NCBI GenBank assembly: GCA_042215855.1
Contig: JBDGUM010000049.1
Location: forward strand, 1-52,305
Direction: 5' to 3'
Origin: Halobellus sp.
GTDB taxonomy: Archaea; Halobacteriota; Halobacteria; Halobacteriales; Haloferacaceae
Length of the DNA stretch: 52,305 nt
Shown: piece by piece, positions 1 through 9,926 of the stretch
Position numbering within the stretch: the stretch's first letter is position 1
Layout of the letters: each line of letters opens with the position of its first letter
Program-made: the position numbers and the translations under genes
The notes under the pieces: generated by a model
What the model was told of the DNA's origin: nothing
The model's database searches: none
Seen by the model: only the letters and a program-made list of their open reading frames with translations

Positions 1-789
1 CTCGCCCCCCTTCCTGGTCCCGGTGGCGACGAAGTCGACGTCGTCGAAGTCGCGGGCGACGCGGTCGAGGGCGGCCTCCCAGGCGTCGAGCACCTGGTCC
101 TTCTCGACGCCGGCGACGGTGCCGGTGCCGAGGACGACGCCCGCCTCGGCGTTCCGCTTGAGGACCGTCACGTCGTCGTCGACCAGCACGGCGCGCGGGC
201 CGTCGAGGCGAGCCACGGGCCCGAGCTCGTCGTTCAGGACGGCCAGATTCGTCGCGACCGTTGAGTCGCCGTTGACGACGTGGGCGTCGAGCGCCTTCGC
301 CCTGCTCTCGACGCCCTGCTCGCCCGCGGCCTCGCTCGCGGTCGTCATCGCGGGCACGGCCCCGAGCTGCGAGAGGTCGTGGGCGACCTGATTGGCGCCG
401 TGGTGGCCGCCGGTGATCGGGATCGCCCACGTGAGTTCCTCGTCGACGACGACGATCGCGGGGTCGTCCCACTTGTCGTCCAGTAAGGGAGCCGTCTTCC
501 GCATCGCGATGCCCGACGCCATCAGGCCGACGAAGCAGTCGTACTCGCCCCAGTGCTCGGCGAAGACGTCGCCGTGGTACTCGATGACGTCGACCCTGTC
601 GTACTCGTCGCCGATGCCGTCGACGATCTCGTGGGCCGTGTCGAGTTTCCGCTCGAAGCTGATTATCGCGATCTCCTCGGCGACCTCGCCGTCGGAGTCC
701 GGCGTCGAGCAGTGCCCGCCCGAGTCGCTCTCGTCTGTCGTGCTGTTCGCCTCGCTCGTCTCGTTCGCGTCGTTCGTGTCAGTGCTCAT
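1..789 (-). CDS. cbiG: cobalt-precorrin-5A hydrolase CbiG (3' end outside window)
   Basis: Not in the ORF track. Manual translation from ATG at 789 gives MSTDTNDA...FVGLMASGIAMRKTAPLLDDKWDDPAIVVVD...PITGGHHGANQVA, the CbiG N-terminal motif. Follows cbiF. Confidence 0.9.
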   Translation of the reverse strand, partial: MSTDTNDANETSEANSTTDESDSGGHCSTPDSDGEVAEEIAIISFERKLDTAHEIVDGIGDEYDRVDVIEYHGDVFAEHWGEYDCFVGLMASGIAMRKTAPLLDDKWDDPAIVVVDEELTWAIPITGGHHGANQVAHDLSQLGAVPAMTTASEAAGEQGVESRAKALDAHVVNGDSTVATNLAVLNDELGPVARLDGPRAVLVDDDVTVLKRNAEAGVVLGTGTVAGVEKDQVLDAWEAALDRVARDFDDVDFVATGTRKGGE

Positions 790-802
790 TCTCTCACCGT
801 CG

Positions 803-1693
803 TCAGTCGTCGGCCTCGCCGTCGGCCGTTTCGCTCCCGCGGCCGCTCGCCCAGTCGCCGTACAGGTACGAGCGATCGTAGCCCTCCTTCCGCGCGGCGT
901 CGCCGATCACGACGAGCGCGGACGCGCGGTAGCCCGCCGCCTCGACGCGCTCGCCGATCGTCCCGATCGTCCCCTCGATGACGTCCTCGTCGGGCCAGGA
1001 GGCGTGGTAGACGACCGTCACGGGGGTGTCGGGGTCGCGGCCGGCGTCGAGGAGGCGGTCCATCGTCTCCGCGACGGCGTGGGTGCCGAGGTAGACGCAG
1101 GTCGTCACGTCGCCCATCCCGACGAACTCGGCGATGTGGTCGTTCTCGGGATCCAGCGTCTTCCCCTGCGGTCGGGTGAAGGCGACGTGGTTGGCGACGC
1201 CGTTCAGCGTCAGTTGGGTGCGGAGCGTCGCCGCGGCCGCGAACGAGGAGGTCACGCCGGGGACGATGTAGGTCGGCACGCCCTCGTGTTCCAGCGCGTC
1301 CATCTGCTCGACGGCCGCGCCGTAGATCGCCGGATCGCCGCTGTGGAGGCGGACGACGTCCCTCCCGGCTTCGTAGGCGTCCCGCATCAGCGGGACCAGT
1401 TCCTCCAGATCCTTGCCGATGCTCGACACCGTCTCGGCGTCGGCGCAGAACTCGTCGAGGAGGTCGCTGTTGACGAGTGAGCCCGCGTGGACGACGAGGT
1501 CGGCGTCCTCGACCAGTTCCCGCCCGGTGACGGTCAGCAGGCCGGGGTCGCCCGGTCCGGCGCCGATGAAGGGGATCCCCTCGCCGACGTCGCCGGCGTT
1601 CCGCGCCTCGATCCGGGGGTCGCGCTCCCGCGCGCCCGCGGTGGTCTCGGCGTCGATCGCGGCCTGCGGGTCGGTCGCGTCGGCGTCGGTCAT
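803..1693 (-). CDS. cbiF: cobalt-precorrin-4 C11-methyltransferase
   Basis: GAGPGDPGLLT, RLHSGDPAIYGA and VPGVTS tetrapyrrole methylase motifs; cbi operon context. Confidence 0.92.
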   Translation of the reverse strand: MTDADATDPQAAIDAETTAGARERDPRIEARNAGDVGEGIPFIGAGPGDPGLLTVTGRELVEDADLVVHAGSLVNSDLLDEFCADAETVSSIGKDLEELVPLMRDAYEAGRDVVRLHSGDPAIYGAAVEQMDALEHEGVPTYIVPGVTSSFAAAATLRTQLTLNGVANHVAFTRPQGKTLDPENDHIAEFVGMGDVTTCVYLGTHAVAETMDRLLDAGRDPDTPVTVVYHASWPDEDVIEGTIGTIGERVEAAGYRASALVVIGDAARKEGYDRSYLYGDWASGRGSETADGEADD

Positions 1694-2526
1694 CGTCGAA
1701 CCCCCTCCGGCGGACCGTCGCCGCTCGCCGCGCCTTCGGCGCGCTCGGTCCTGGCGATCCCGCCTTCGCCCTCGGCCGTCGATCCGCCGTCGGTCTTGGC
1801 GGTCGGCTCCGACTCGGTCGTACCCGTGTCGCCAGCGTCCCCGACCTCGAAGGCGGCAGTCGCAGGCGTCGATTCCGCGCCCCGCTTCTCGGCGTACGCG
1901 AGGGTGTAGTAGTCGCGCTCGTCGAGCTCGCTCGGATCGTCGGTCACGACCGTCTCGCCCGGCTCCATAAACAGCCGTCGGCCGTAGGTGACCTCGTAGC
2001 CGCCGTCGACGAGCCCCTCGTGGGTCGCGGGCGCGTCGGTGACCTTGAACAGGATCATCCGGTCCGGCCCGACCGGCGCAGCGCCCCGAGCCGCCTCCCG
2101 GAGCGCGAGCGACTGGCCGGCGGCGACCTCGACGCCGAGGGCGGTCGCGAACGCGGTCACGGCGCTCACCCCGGGGACGACTTCGAGGTCGACCTCGGGG
2201 TGGAACGCCGCGAGCGTCCGCCGCAGGTGGCCGAACGTCGAGTAGACGTTCGGATCGCCGAGCGTGACGAACGCGACGTCGCCGTCGCGGGCGCGGGGCG
2301 CGATCTCCGCCGCGGCGGCTTTCCAGGCGCGCCGGAGCTCGTCCTCGTCCCGGGTCATCGGAAAGTCGAGGTCGCCGATGCGTTCCTCGGGGACGTGCTC
2401 TGTCGCGACCCCCCTGGAGAGCCGTCCGGGCGAGTAGACGACGTCGGCGTTCTCCAGCGCGCGCTTGCCGCGCACCGTCACGAGGTCGGCGTCGCCGGGA
2501 CCGAGACCGACGCCGTAGAGCGTCAT
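1690..2526 (-). CDS. cbiL: cobalt-factor II C20-methyltransferase
   Basis: LYGVGLGPGDADLVT, FPMT and TLGDPNVYSTF motifs; 4-bp overlaps with neighbours. Confidence 0.9.
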   Translation of the reverse strand: MTLYGVGLGPGDADLVTVRGKRALENADVVYSPGRLSRGVATEHVPEERIGDLDFPMTRDEDELRRAWKAAAAEIAPRARDGDVAFVTLGDPNVYSTFGHLRRTLAAFHPEVDLEVVPGVSAVTAFATALGVEVAAGQSLALREAARGAAPVGPDRMILFKVTDAPATHEGLVDGGYEVTYGRRLFMEPGETVVTDDPSELDERDYYTLAYAEKRGAESTPATAAFEVGDAGDTGTTESEPTAKTDGGSTAEGEGGIARTERAEGAASGDGPPEGVRR

Positions 2527-3164
2527 CGGCGGCCTCCGTCGGCCGCGACGTCGGTGTCCGCCGTGCAGGCGTCCGAAGCCCCCGCCCCGCCGACGAGCAT
2601 ATACACCGGGTTGTCGGAGTCGAAGCTGGTCGCGCCCGCGAGCTCGTACCCGTGACTCACCTGGAACTGGACGACTTCGTCCAGGAGGTCGCGGTCGCGG
2701 AAGGCCTCGGTCGCGGCGCCGGCGACCTCGAGCCGCGAGACGTTCATCACGACCCGGTCGACGCCGGTCTCGACGGCGTGAGCGAGCACCGCCTCGTAGT
2801 TCCGGCTACCGCCGAGGAACAGCGCGTCGGCGTCGTCCGGGAGGCCCTCCGGTGCCTCGGTCGCGCGGAGCGTCACGTCTGCGTGGTCCGTGTCGGCGAC
2901 GTCCGTGTCGTCGCCGCCCGCGTCGACGTCGATTCCGTTCGCCGCGAGGTTCCTGCGGGTCGTTTCGAGCCGGTCCGGCTCGCGTTCGAGCGCCGTCACC
3001 CGACCGGCCCGCTGCGCCGCTTCGGCGGTCACGGCGCCGGTGCAGGAGCCGACCTCCGCGAAGTGGTCGGTCGAGTCGAGGTCGAGTTTCGAGAGCAGCA
3101 CGGCCCTGACCTCCGGTTTCGTCGGGCCGGCCTTCGCGTCGTGGGGGAGCGATACCTGCGCCAT
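2523..3164 (-). CDS. cbiT: cobalt-precorrin-6B C15-methyltransferase (decarboxylating)
   Basis: GPTKPEVRAVLLSKL, EVGSCTGAVT SAM-binding motif, FLGGS, NPVY. Confidence 0.88.
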   Translation of the reverse strand: MAQVSLPHDAKAGPTKPEVRAVLLSKLDLDSTDHFAEVGSCTGAVTAEAAQRAGRVTALEREPDRLETTRRNLAANGIDVDAGGDDTDVADTDHADVTLRATEAPEGLPDDADALFLGGSRNYEAVLAHAVETGVDRVVMNVSRLEVAGAATEAFRDRDLLDEVVQFQVSHGYELAGATSFDSDNPVYMLVGGAGASDACTADTDVAADGGRR

Positions 3165-3187
3165 CGAGAAAGACAACTGGTGTGAGG

Positions 3188-3213
3188 CCTAAAACAATTT
3201 TGGTTGTTTTAGG
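3188..3213. promoter_or_regulatory. perfect inverted repeat CCTAAAACAA-N6-TTGTTTTAGG; candidate operator of the cbi operon
   Basis: 10-bp arms at 3188-3197 and 3204-3213 in an AT-rich divergent intergenic region, 24 bp upstream of the cbiT ATG. Confidence 0.65.
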
Positions 3214-3312
3214 GAAATTTAGATTGTTCAAAACGCGACGAACCGGGGCGTGAGCGCAATCGAACCGGGACTAGGGCAAAAGTACTTGAGTTCGCGGCCG
3301 TGAGAGCGAACG

Positions 3313-4128
3313 ATGGCCGAGAACGCGGACGACGCGGAGGAGTTCGGCGTTCTGCGGAGCAAGCGGAACGCGACCAGATACCAGATCCTTGTCCAGATCG
3401 CCGAACGCCAGCCCGCGGTCAATCAGCAGGAGATCGCCGACGCCATCGGCATCACGGCCCAGGCCGTCAGCGACTACCTCCAGGACCTCGTCGAGCAGGA
3501 CTACGTCAACAAGCACGGGCGGGGCCGCTACGAGGTGACGAAGGAGGGCGTCGACTGGCTGATCTCCCAGACCGACGACCTCCGGCGCTTCGTCGAGCAC
3601 GTCTCCGAGGACGTGATCGGACAGGTCGAGATCGAGACCGCGATCGCGACGACCGAGATCAGCGAGGGCGAGACGGTCTCGCTGACGATGCGGGACGGCG
3701 TACTCCGCGCGATGGCGGGCGACACGGGCTCGGCGACGGCGGTGGCGGTCACCGACGCCGAACCCGGCCGGGACGTCGGCATCACGAACGTCCAGGGCGT
3801 CGTCGACTACGATCTCGGCACCGTCACCGTCGTCGCGGTGCCGCAGGTCCAGAACGGCGGCAGCGGATCCGTCCCGACCGAGCGGATCCGCTCCCTGGCC
3901 GAGGAGCACGACCTCCTCGCGGTGGCGGAAGCGGAGGCGGTCGCGGCCGCCGCCGCCGCCGACCTCGACCCCGACGTCCGGTTCGGGAGCGCCGCCGCCG
4001 TTCAGGAGGCCGCCGCGAAGGGCCTGGACGTGCTGCTGTTGGCGGCGACGGACGTCCTCTCGCGTCACACGGACAAACTCCGCGAGCAGAACGTCAGCTA
4101 CGAGGTCGTCGACATCGTCGAGGAGTGA
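3313..4128 (+). CDS. MarR-like winged-helix transcriptional regulator with C-terminal domain
   Basis: QQEIADAIGITAQAVSDYLQDLVEQDYV...GRGRYEVT HTH and wing. Confidence 0.8.
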   Translation: MAENADDAEEFGVLRSKRNATRYQILVQIAERQPAVNQQEIADAIGITAQAVSDYLQDLVEQDYVNKHGRGRYEVTKEGVDWLISQTDDLRRFVEHVSEDVIGQVEIETAIATTEISEGETVSLTMRDGVLRAMAGDTGSATAVAVTDAEPGRDVGITNVQGVVDYDLGTVTVVAVPQVQNGGSGSVPTERIRSLAEEHDLLAVAEAEAVAAAAAADLDPDVRFGSAAAVQEAAAKGLDVLLLAATDVLSRHTDKLREQNVSYEVVDIVEE

Positions 4129-4197
4129 CCGCGGGCCCGAGGCGCGGCCGCTGCCGCGTGCACGCGCTTTATGCCCGTCTGCGCCCTTCGATGCGGT

Positions 4198-4944
4198 ATG
4201 CCGACCGACGAAGCCCAGGGGGACCGATCGGTCCTCGCCGGCGAGAGCGTCCAGCACGGAACGGGCGTGACCTCCACCCGCGCGTTCCCGACGAGCCGCT
4301 ATCCCGAACATCTCGATCCGTTCGTGCTCTTCGAGCGCTTCTACATCGAGCCCGACGAGGGGTTCCCGATGCACCCCCACGAGGGGTTCGAGATCGTCTC
4401 GTACCTCATCGAGGGCGGGATGGCCCACGAGGACTCGCTCGGCGTCTCCCACACCGCCGACGCGGGCGACGCGATGCGGATCACGACCGGGGGCGGCATC
4501 CGCCACTCGGAGTTCCCCGCCGACGGCGCCGCCTGCAACGGCCTCCAGCTGTGGGTAAACCTCCCACGCGAGGACAAGGAGATCGACGCCGACTACGAGG
4601 ACGCCGGCGCCGACGGCCTCCCCACCCGCGAGGTCGAGGGCGCGACGGTCACGACCGTCGTGGGCGAGGGCTCGCCGATCGACCTCCGCACCGAGATGGA
4701 GTACCTGGACGTCGCCGTCGACGACGGGTGGACGTGGTCGGTCCCCGAGGGCTGGACGGGCTTCCTCTACGGCGTCGCCGGCGACGGTGCCGTCGCTGGC
4801 GAGCCGTTCGGCGAGGGCGACGTCTTCACGATCACCGGGGGAGGGGACGTCGCGGTCGCGACCGACTCGTCCCTCCGGGTCGTCGCCGTCGCGGGGCGCC
4901 CGCACGGGGAGCCGATCCAGCAGCGCGGGCCGTTCGTCCTGTAG
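4198..4944 (+). CDS. pirin family protein
   Basis: DPFVLF, GFPMHPHEGFEIVSY, GIRHSE, LQLWVNLP, GPFV. Confidence 0.93.
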   Translation: MPTDEAQGDRSVLAGESVQHGTGVTSTRAFPTSRYPEHLDPFVLFERFYIEPDEGFPMHPHEGFEIVSYLIEGGMAHEDSLGVSHTADAGDAMRITTGGGIRHSEFPADGAACNGLQLWVNLPREDKEIDADYEDAGADGLPTREVEGATVTTVVGEGSPIDLRTEMEYLDVAVDDGWTWSVPEGWTGFLYGVAGDGAVAGEPFGEGDVFTITGGGDVAVATDSSLRVVAVAGRPHGEPIQQRGPFVL

Positions 4945-4990
4945 CGACCGGAGGACCGGTCTTGAAATCCCCCGCGGCCGAACGGCGGGT

Positions 4991-5662
4991 ATGGCGACGG
5001 AACTGACCGAGGGCGTGTGGCGGTTCAAGCTGCGGGGCGTCAACGCCTACCTGGTCTTCGACGACGTGCCGACGCTCGTCGACGCCGGGACGCCGCTGGA
5101 CGAGTCGCGGATCCGCGCGGAGCTCGGCGAGATCGGGATGGCTCCCGAGGACATCGGGCGCGTGCTTCTCACCCACTACGACCTCGATCACGTCGGGACG
5201 CTCGGCGCGCTCGCGCCGGAACTGGAGGCGACGGTCCACGCCGGTCGCTACGACGCCGAGATCCTGACCGGGGCGCGCTCGCCGCCGATCACCAACCACA
5301 AGGGCGCGTTCCAGCGCCTCGTCGGGCTCTTCACCTCGCCGCCGGCGCTCGACGTCGAACCGATCGACGACGGCGAGACCGTCGGGTCGTTCACGGCCTA
5401 CCACACGCCCGGTCACACCCCCGGCCACGTCGCGTACGTGAGCGCCGACCTCGACGTGGCGCTGTTGGGCGACCTCGTCGCGGGCGCCGACGGGGCGCTC
5501 GACCCCTCGGGGTGGGCGATGAGCTACGACACCGATCGGGTGCGGGAGAGCATCGACGACCTGGCCGAACGGGCGCCGGCGTTCGCGGTGGCGTGTATGG
5601 GCCACGGGACCCCGCTCACGAGCGGCGGCTCGGACGCGCTCGCCGCGCTCGCGCGCCGATGA
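4991..5662 (+). CDS. metallo-beta-lactamase fold hydrolase
   Basis: LVDAG, THYDLDHVG, TPGHTPGH, GD, MGHG. Confidence 0.9.
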   Translation: MATELTEGVWRFKLRGVNAYLVFDDVPTLVDAGTPLDESRIRAELGEIGMAPEDIGRVLLTHYDLDHVGTLGALAPELEATVHAGRYDAEILTGARSPPITNHKGAFQRLVGLFTSPPALDVEPIDDGETVGSFTAYHTPGHTPGHVAYVSADLDVALLGDLVAGADGALDPSGWAMSYDTDRVRESIDDLAERAPAFAVACMGHGTPLTSGGSDALAALARR

Positions 5663-5684
5663 CGCGCGGCGATGCGCGCGATGA

Positions 5685-6344
5685 TCAGATCGTCAGGACG
5701 TCGAGGACGACGACCGAGAGGTACAGTTGACCGACGCCGGCGACGACGAGCAGGGCTCCCGCGGCCCGCTTCATCCGTCCCGCGTAGCGCCCCGCGTCCC
5801 GCCAGGCCGTCACTCCGACGTCCGCGAGGAGCGTCACGCCCACGAGCGGCACCGCGACGGCGGCCGCGTAGCCGACGAGGACGAGGGCGCCCTGACCCGG
5901 CGGGAGCGCCGCCGCCTGCGCGACGACGCCCAGGAACAGCGGGACGACACAGCCCGCGGCGGCGACGGCGTAGACCGCGCCGAACGCACCGAAGCCCGTC
6001 ACGGACTCCGGCCGCGCCGGGAGCGGGAGCGTCGGCGCCGTCCACCCCGAGAGGACCAGCAGACCGAACCCGACGAGCGCGAGACCGATCACCGGCTCGA
6101 CGACCGGCAGCAGCGACGTGAGCCGCTGTCCCACTGCCAGCGCGAGTCCCGCGACGACGCCCAGGGTGACGACTGCGCCGGCGCCGGCGACGACGCCCGA
6201 AGCGAGCCCCGAGGCGCCCTCGTTGCGCTGGAGGTAGTAGCCGACGTAGCCCGGGAGCAGCGGGAACGCACACGGCGCGAAGAAGGTCGCGACGCCGGCG
6301 CCGACGGCGAAGGCCGCGGTGCCGAGGAACGCCGCGGAAGTCAC
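5685..6344 (-). CDS. ccdA: cytochrome c biogenesis CcdA/DsbD-like membrane protein
   Basis: FFAPCAFPLLPGY and AAGCVVP Cys pair in a multi-TM protein; GTG start overlaps the tlpA-like stop. Confidence 0.85.
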   Translation of the reverse strand: MTSAAFLGTAAFAVGAGVATFFAPCAFPLLPGYVGYYLQRNEGASGLASGVVAGAGAVVTLGVVAGLALAVGQRLTSLLPVVEPVIGLALVGFGLLVLSGWTAPTLPLPARPESVTGFGAFGAVYAVAAAGCVVPLFLGVVAQAAALPPGQGALVLVGYAAAVAVPLVGVTLLADVGVTAWRDAGRYAGRMKRAAGALLVVAGVGQLYLSVVVLDVLTI

Positions 6345-6904
6345 GATCGAACCGTCCCCGACGTCGCCCCCGACTCGGGAAGCACGCGCCCGATCTCCCG
6401 CCGGAGCGTCGCCGTCGACGCCACGCCGGCGTGCGTCCACCTGATCTCGCCTCGGGCGTCGAAGACGGCCAGAAACGGGAGCCCCGAGGCCCCCAGCGCC
6501 GCCATCAGATCCGACTGGGGATCGAGGCCGACCGTCCAGGCGCCGTCGTGCCTGCGCCACCACGCCCGGACGTCCTCGCGCGAGAGCGTGCCGCCGATCC
6601 GCTCGTTCGTCACCGAGACGAACGCGACGCGGTCGCCGTACGCCTCGTGCACGGTCGAGAGCGCGTCCATCTGTTCCTTGCAGGGCGCACACCAGGTCGC
6701 GAACAGATCGACGACAGTCGGCGCGTCGGCCGCCGGAATGCGCGCTTCGCCCGCCGTCGAGCCGCGGGCGTCGATGGTCTCGACGCGGAGCGGTAGTTCC
6801 GAACCCGATCCGCCGGGTCCGGGGAATCGCCCGGTGACGGCGAGCGCGCTGGCGCCCGTGAGTCCGAGGCCCGCGAGCGCGGTCAGGACCTGTCGGCGCT
6901 TCAT
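6341..6904 (-). CDS. TlpA-family thiol-disulfide oxidoreductase (Tat signal)
   Basis: MKRRQVL signal; FATWCAPC motif. Confidence 0.88.
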   Translation of the reverse strand: MKRRQVLTALAGLGLTGASALAVTGRFPGPGGSGSELPLRVETIDARGSTAGEARIPAADAPTVVDLFATWCAPCKEQMDALSTVHEAYGDRVAFVSVTNERIGGTLSREDVRAWWRRHDGAWTVGLDPQSDLMAALGASGLPFLAVFDARGEIRWTHAGVASTATLRREIGRVLPESGATSGTVRS

Positions 6905-7566
6905 CGGTCCCGAACGGTGGCGAGGTCGTCGATGATCGTTTCGGCCTTCGGCTGCTGAGTCCGGTAGGCCCGCTCGACGTAGCCGTCGGCGTTGACGAGG
7001 AACGTCAGCGCCGCGTGGGTGAACATATACCCCTCCATCTCTTCGGGGTGTGTCCGCTCGAAGAACACGCCGAACTCGTCCTCGACGATCGCCTCGGCCC
7101 GCGACACTGATCCGGGCCGGAGGAAGTGCCAGTTGCCCGCGTCCAACGCGACGTTCATCTGCTCGCCGTACGTCCGGAGCCGCTCGGCGTCGTCGCGCTC
7201 GGGGTCGAACGTCGTCGGCAGGAACGCCACCTCGTCGGCGTACCCCTCCTCGATCGCGTGGGTCTGGACGCTCCGCATCGTCTGGACGAGAACCGGACAG
7301 ACCGTGTTACAGTGGCTGTAGAAGAACGTGAGGAGCGACGGCGTGTCCACGTCGCGGGTCGAAACCTCGATTCCGTCGATCGGCGCCGGGACGGTCACGT
7401 CGGGGACGCGCTGGCCCCACGCGGGGTACGGGAGTTCGTCGCTCGCGTACTCGCGGTCGGGTTCCGGGAGCGCCACGTCGGGGTTGGCGTCGCCGAGCCC
7501 CAGACAGCCCGCCGTGCCGAGCGCACCGGCGGCGGCCCCCCGGCGGAGGTAGGTCCGTCGTCGCAT
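6901..7566 (-). CDS. SCO family copper chaperone (Tat lipoprotein)
   Basis: RRRTYL...AGC lipobox; FFYSHCNTVCP (CxxxC), DPERD, conserved His (FTH). Confidence 0.9.
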   Translation of the reverse strand: MRRRTYLRRGAAAGALGTAGCLGLGDANPDVALPEPDREYASDELPYPAWGQRVPDVTVPAPIDGIEVSTRDVDTPSLLTFFYSHCNTVCPVLVQTMRSVQTHAIEEGYADEVAFLPTTFDPERDDAERLRTYGEQMNVALDAGNWHFLRPGSVSRAEAIVEDEFGVFFERTHPEEMEGYMFTHAALTFLVNADGYVERAYRTQQPKAETIIDDLATVRDR

Positions 7567-7638
7567 TCTGATCACCCGAGGTAACTCCCAGGCGATCATA
7601 AGAAGTCGGATCGGTTCTCGGAATCTGGGATCGCGCTT

Positions 7639-8241
7639 TCATCGCCCGGCGAGCGCCACGAACGCGAACACCGCCAGCCCGCCCGCGAAGAAGAGGAGCC
7701 CGGGCTCGGCCAGCAGGAGCACGCCGCGGAAGAGCGGGTGCTCCGGCGCCGCGCCGAGGCTCGCCGGCTCGAAGAGCGACGCCGCCGTCCCGCCGAGGAA
7801 GCGCTCGGCGCCGACCTGGACCGCGAGGCTGGTCAGCGCGAGGACCGCGACTCCCGTCGCCCAGTCCGCGAGCGAGCGGCGGAGCGTCCCGCGCTCGGTC
7901 GAGGTGGCGTCGCCGACGAACACGATGGGGTCCGCCGCGGGGCCGTAGACCGTCATCTCGTTGCCCTTCTCCGAGAGGCGGTTGCCGACCGACTCGACCA
8001 CGCCCGCCGACTGGAGGTTCGAGAGGTGGTAGTGGACGTTCTGGACCGACGTGTCGAGTTCGCGGGCCAACTCGGAGGGCGGAGCGGGATCGCGGTGCAA
8101 CGCGCTGAACAGCTCGCGGGCCGTCTCGGAACTCAGCGCGTCGACCAGCTCGCCGGCGTCGTCGTCCGCGACGTCGACGACCGCCGGGGAGGCGTCCGGC
8201 GTCCGCGTTCGGTCGCCCAGACTGGCGATCGGCGATGACAT
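7639..8241 (-). CDS. ArsR-like HTH regulator with two C-terminal TM helices
   Basis: LSSETAR...PSELARELDTSVQNVHYHLSNL...SEKGNEM; hydrophobic C-terminus. Confidence 0.82.
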   Translation of the reverse strand: MSSPIASLGDRTRTPDASPAVVDVADDDAGELVDALSSETARELFSALHRDPAPPSELARELDTSVQNVHYHLSNLQSAGVVESVGNRLSEKGNEMTVYGPAADPIVFVGDATSTERGTLRRSLADWATGVAVLALTSLAVQVGAERFLGGTAASLFEPASLGAAPEHPLFRGVLLLAEPGLLFFAGGLAVFAFVALAGR

Positions 8242-8283
8242 ATGCGGACCTACGGCGACCGGCCACATCAAGGTGGGCGTAGC

Positions 8284-8299
8284 TCAAACGCGCGTTTGA
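8284..8299. promoter_or_regulatory. perfect 16-bp palindrome TCAAACGCGCGTTTGA; candidate operator
   Basis: Self-complementary sequence about 45 bp upstream of the membrane HTH regulator start. Confidence 0.5.
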
Positions 8300-8333
8300 A
8301 CGGTCGCCGACGTCCCTTCGACCGGTGTTCACG

Positions 8334-9719
8334 TCACCGGGACCGGACGCGCTGGACCGCTGCGACGCCGTCGACGCGACCCCAGCCCGACGCGAGGTCG
8401 ACGCCCGTCCGGCCGACGTCGCCTGCGGAGGCACGGAGCGCCGCGATGGTCTCAGCGGGAGTCATCGACTGGTCCGCTGCCCGGAGAAGCGCGACGATCC
8501 CGGCCACGCGAGCGGCCGCGGCCGAGGTGCCGGGCGAGCTGGCCGCGGTCCACGGCCGCGGGGGGGCGACCACGTCGACGCCGGGGTCACCCCGCGGCGT
8601 CGGGCCACGCCCGCTGTAGGGAGCGACCGCGCCGTCCTCGGTCGCGGTGCTGTCGCTCCCGTTCGGACCCCCGTCGGTGACGCCGACGCCGACGACCCCG
8701 GGCACGCTCGCGGGGACGGCGACGCTCCCGAGCGGCCGGGACGGCGAGAGCGCGTGCGTCGGCGTCGTGATCTCCACGCGCCCCCGGCGCGCGTCGCTTC
8801 CGGCCGTCGGCCGAGTGTCGTCGGCCGGGCGGACGACGAGCGCGTAGGTCCCGTCCTCGAGATCGGCAACGAGGCGCTGCCCCGCTCGCGACGTCGAATC
8901 CCGGGAGACGGCGATGAGGTTCCAGCGCTCCCCGTCGTCGACGGCGCGCAGCAGCGAGAGCGTGAGGTCTGTCGCTCCCTCGCCGTCGGCGACGAGCCAC
9001 GCCACGAACCGACCGGCGACCGAGCCGTCGCCGGGGCCGTCGCTGGAGAGCGGGCGGACGCGCAGGCGCGTCGGATCGGCGTCGCCGTCGGCGACGAGCG
9101 CGTCGAGGGGGCCGCGCCAGTGCCCCAGCGCCGCGTTCCCGGTGGGCGCGACCACCGAACAGCCCGCCCCGACGGCTCGCCGGACGGCGCGGTAGACGTC
9201 CGAGCGCGGCGTCGAGACGGCGCCGTGGGCCGCGACCGGGACCAGGAGCACGTCCGTCCCGCGGTCGCGACACCACTCGACGGCCTCGACGAACGCCGAC
9301 TGCTCGCGGAACGACGCGAGCGAGAGGGACGCGTCGGGAGCGATCCGCGAGACGGCGGCCGCCGCCGCAGTGCCGTGGGTCGTGCGGTCGACGACGGCCG
9401 GCTCGGGGCCGAACTGCCGGATGTCCGCGACCCCGCCCGCCAGCGCGTCGTGGGTGGGGTCGAACCCCGTCGGGTCGAGGACCGCGACAGCGACGCCCTC
9501 GCCCGCGATTCCGATCTCGTGGACGCGCGCGATCGACTCGTCGCCGTCGGCCTCGGTCGCGCCGACCCCGTCGGTGTCGTCGCCGGAATCCCGGTCGCCC
9601 CACACGACGAAGCGGGGGAGTTGCTGCGCGCTCGCGAGGCTGAGGGCCGCGGCGCCCCCGATCGCCAGGGCGCGTCGCCGGGAGATGGTGAACCCCGCTC
9701 GGTCCGTTTCGTCCGTCAC
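8334..9719 (-). CDS. S8 subtilase-family serine peptidase (Tat exported)
   Basis: SRRRAL signal; VAVLD, THGTAAA, GNA and GTSAAA catalytic motifs; GWGRVD end. Confidence 0.8.
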   Translation of the reverse strand: MTDETDRAGFTISRRRALAIGGAAALSLASAQQLPRFVVWGDRDSGDDTDGVGATEADGDESIARVHEIGIAGEGVAVAVLDPTGFDPTHDALAGGVADIRQFGPEPAVVDRTTHGTAAAAAVSRIAPDASLSLASFREQSAFVEAVEWCRDRGTDVLLVPVAAHGAVSTPRSDVYRAVRRAVGAGCSVVAPTGNAALGHWRGPLDALVADGDADPTRLRVRPLSSDGPGDGSVAGRFVAWLVADGEGATDLTLSLLRAVDDGERWNLIAVSRDSTSRAGQRLVADLEDGTYALVVRPADDTRPTAGSDARRGRVEITTPTHALSPSRPLGSVAVPASVPGVVGVGVTDGGPNGSDSTATEDGAVAPYSGRGPTPRGDPGVDVVAPPRPWTAASSPGTSAAAARVAGIVALLRAADQSMTPAETIAALRASAGDVGRTGVDLASGWGRVDGVAAVQRVRSR

Positions 9720-9926
9720 GTCGCCCGTTTTTCGTCCCTGCGCCGCTTGAATCCCTCGGACGGGGCGGTAGCGTAAATCGCTCTCGAAGCATTCGGGCGT
9801 TCTTAAGCCCCGGCGTCCGTCCGTCGACCTGTATGCCCTCCACGGAACTGCAGTCCGATGCGACCCACGCGACGGAAGTGACGACCGCGACGACCCGCCG
9901 AACGGTTCCCCGACGGGAGGTGCCGG

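Noticed and set aside
1-3164. Functional link between the cbi operon and the demethylases (corrinoid-dependent demethylation)
   Set aside because: LigM-type enzymes are cobalamin-independent and no corrinoid protein or MtaA/MtvB-like methyltransferase is present; proximity is probably coincidental
3271-5043. Long antisense or alternative-frame ORFs (also 11725-13458, 19781-21676, 28628-30400, 38631-40679 and others)
   Set aside because: Typical shadow ORFs of GC-rich DNA overlapping well-supported genes, with no recognisable motifs
5685-7566. SCO-TlpA-CcdA operon as a novel system
   Set aside because: Well-known copper and thiol-reduction module for respiratory oxidase assembly
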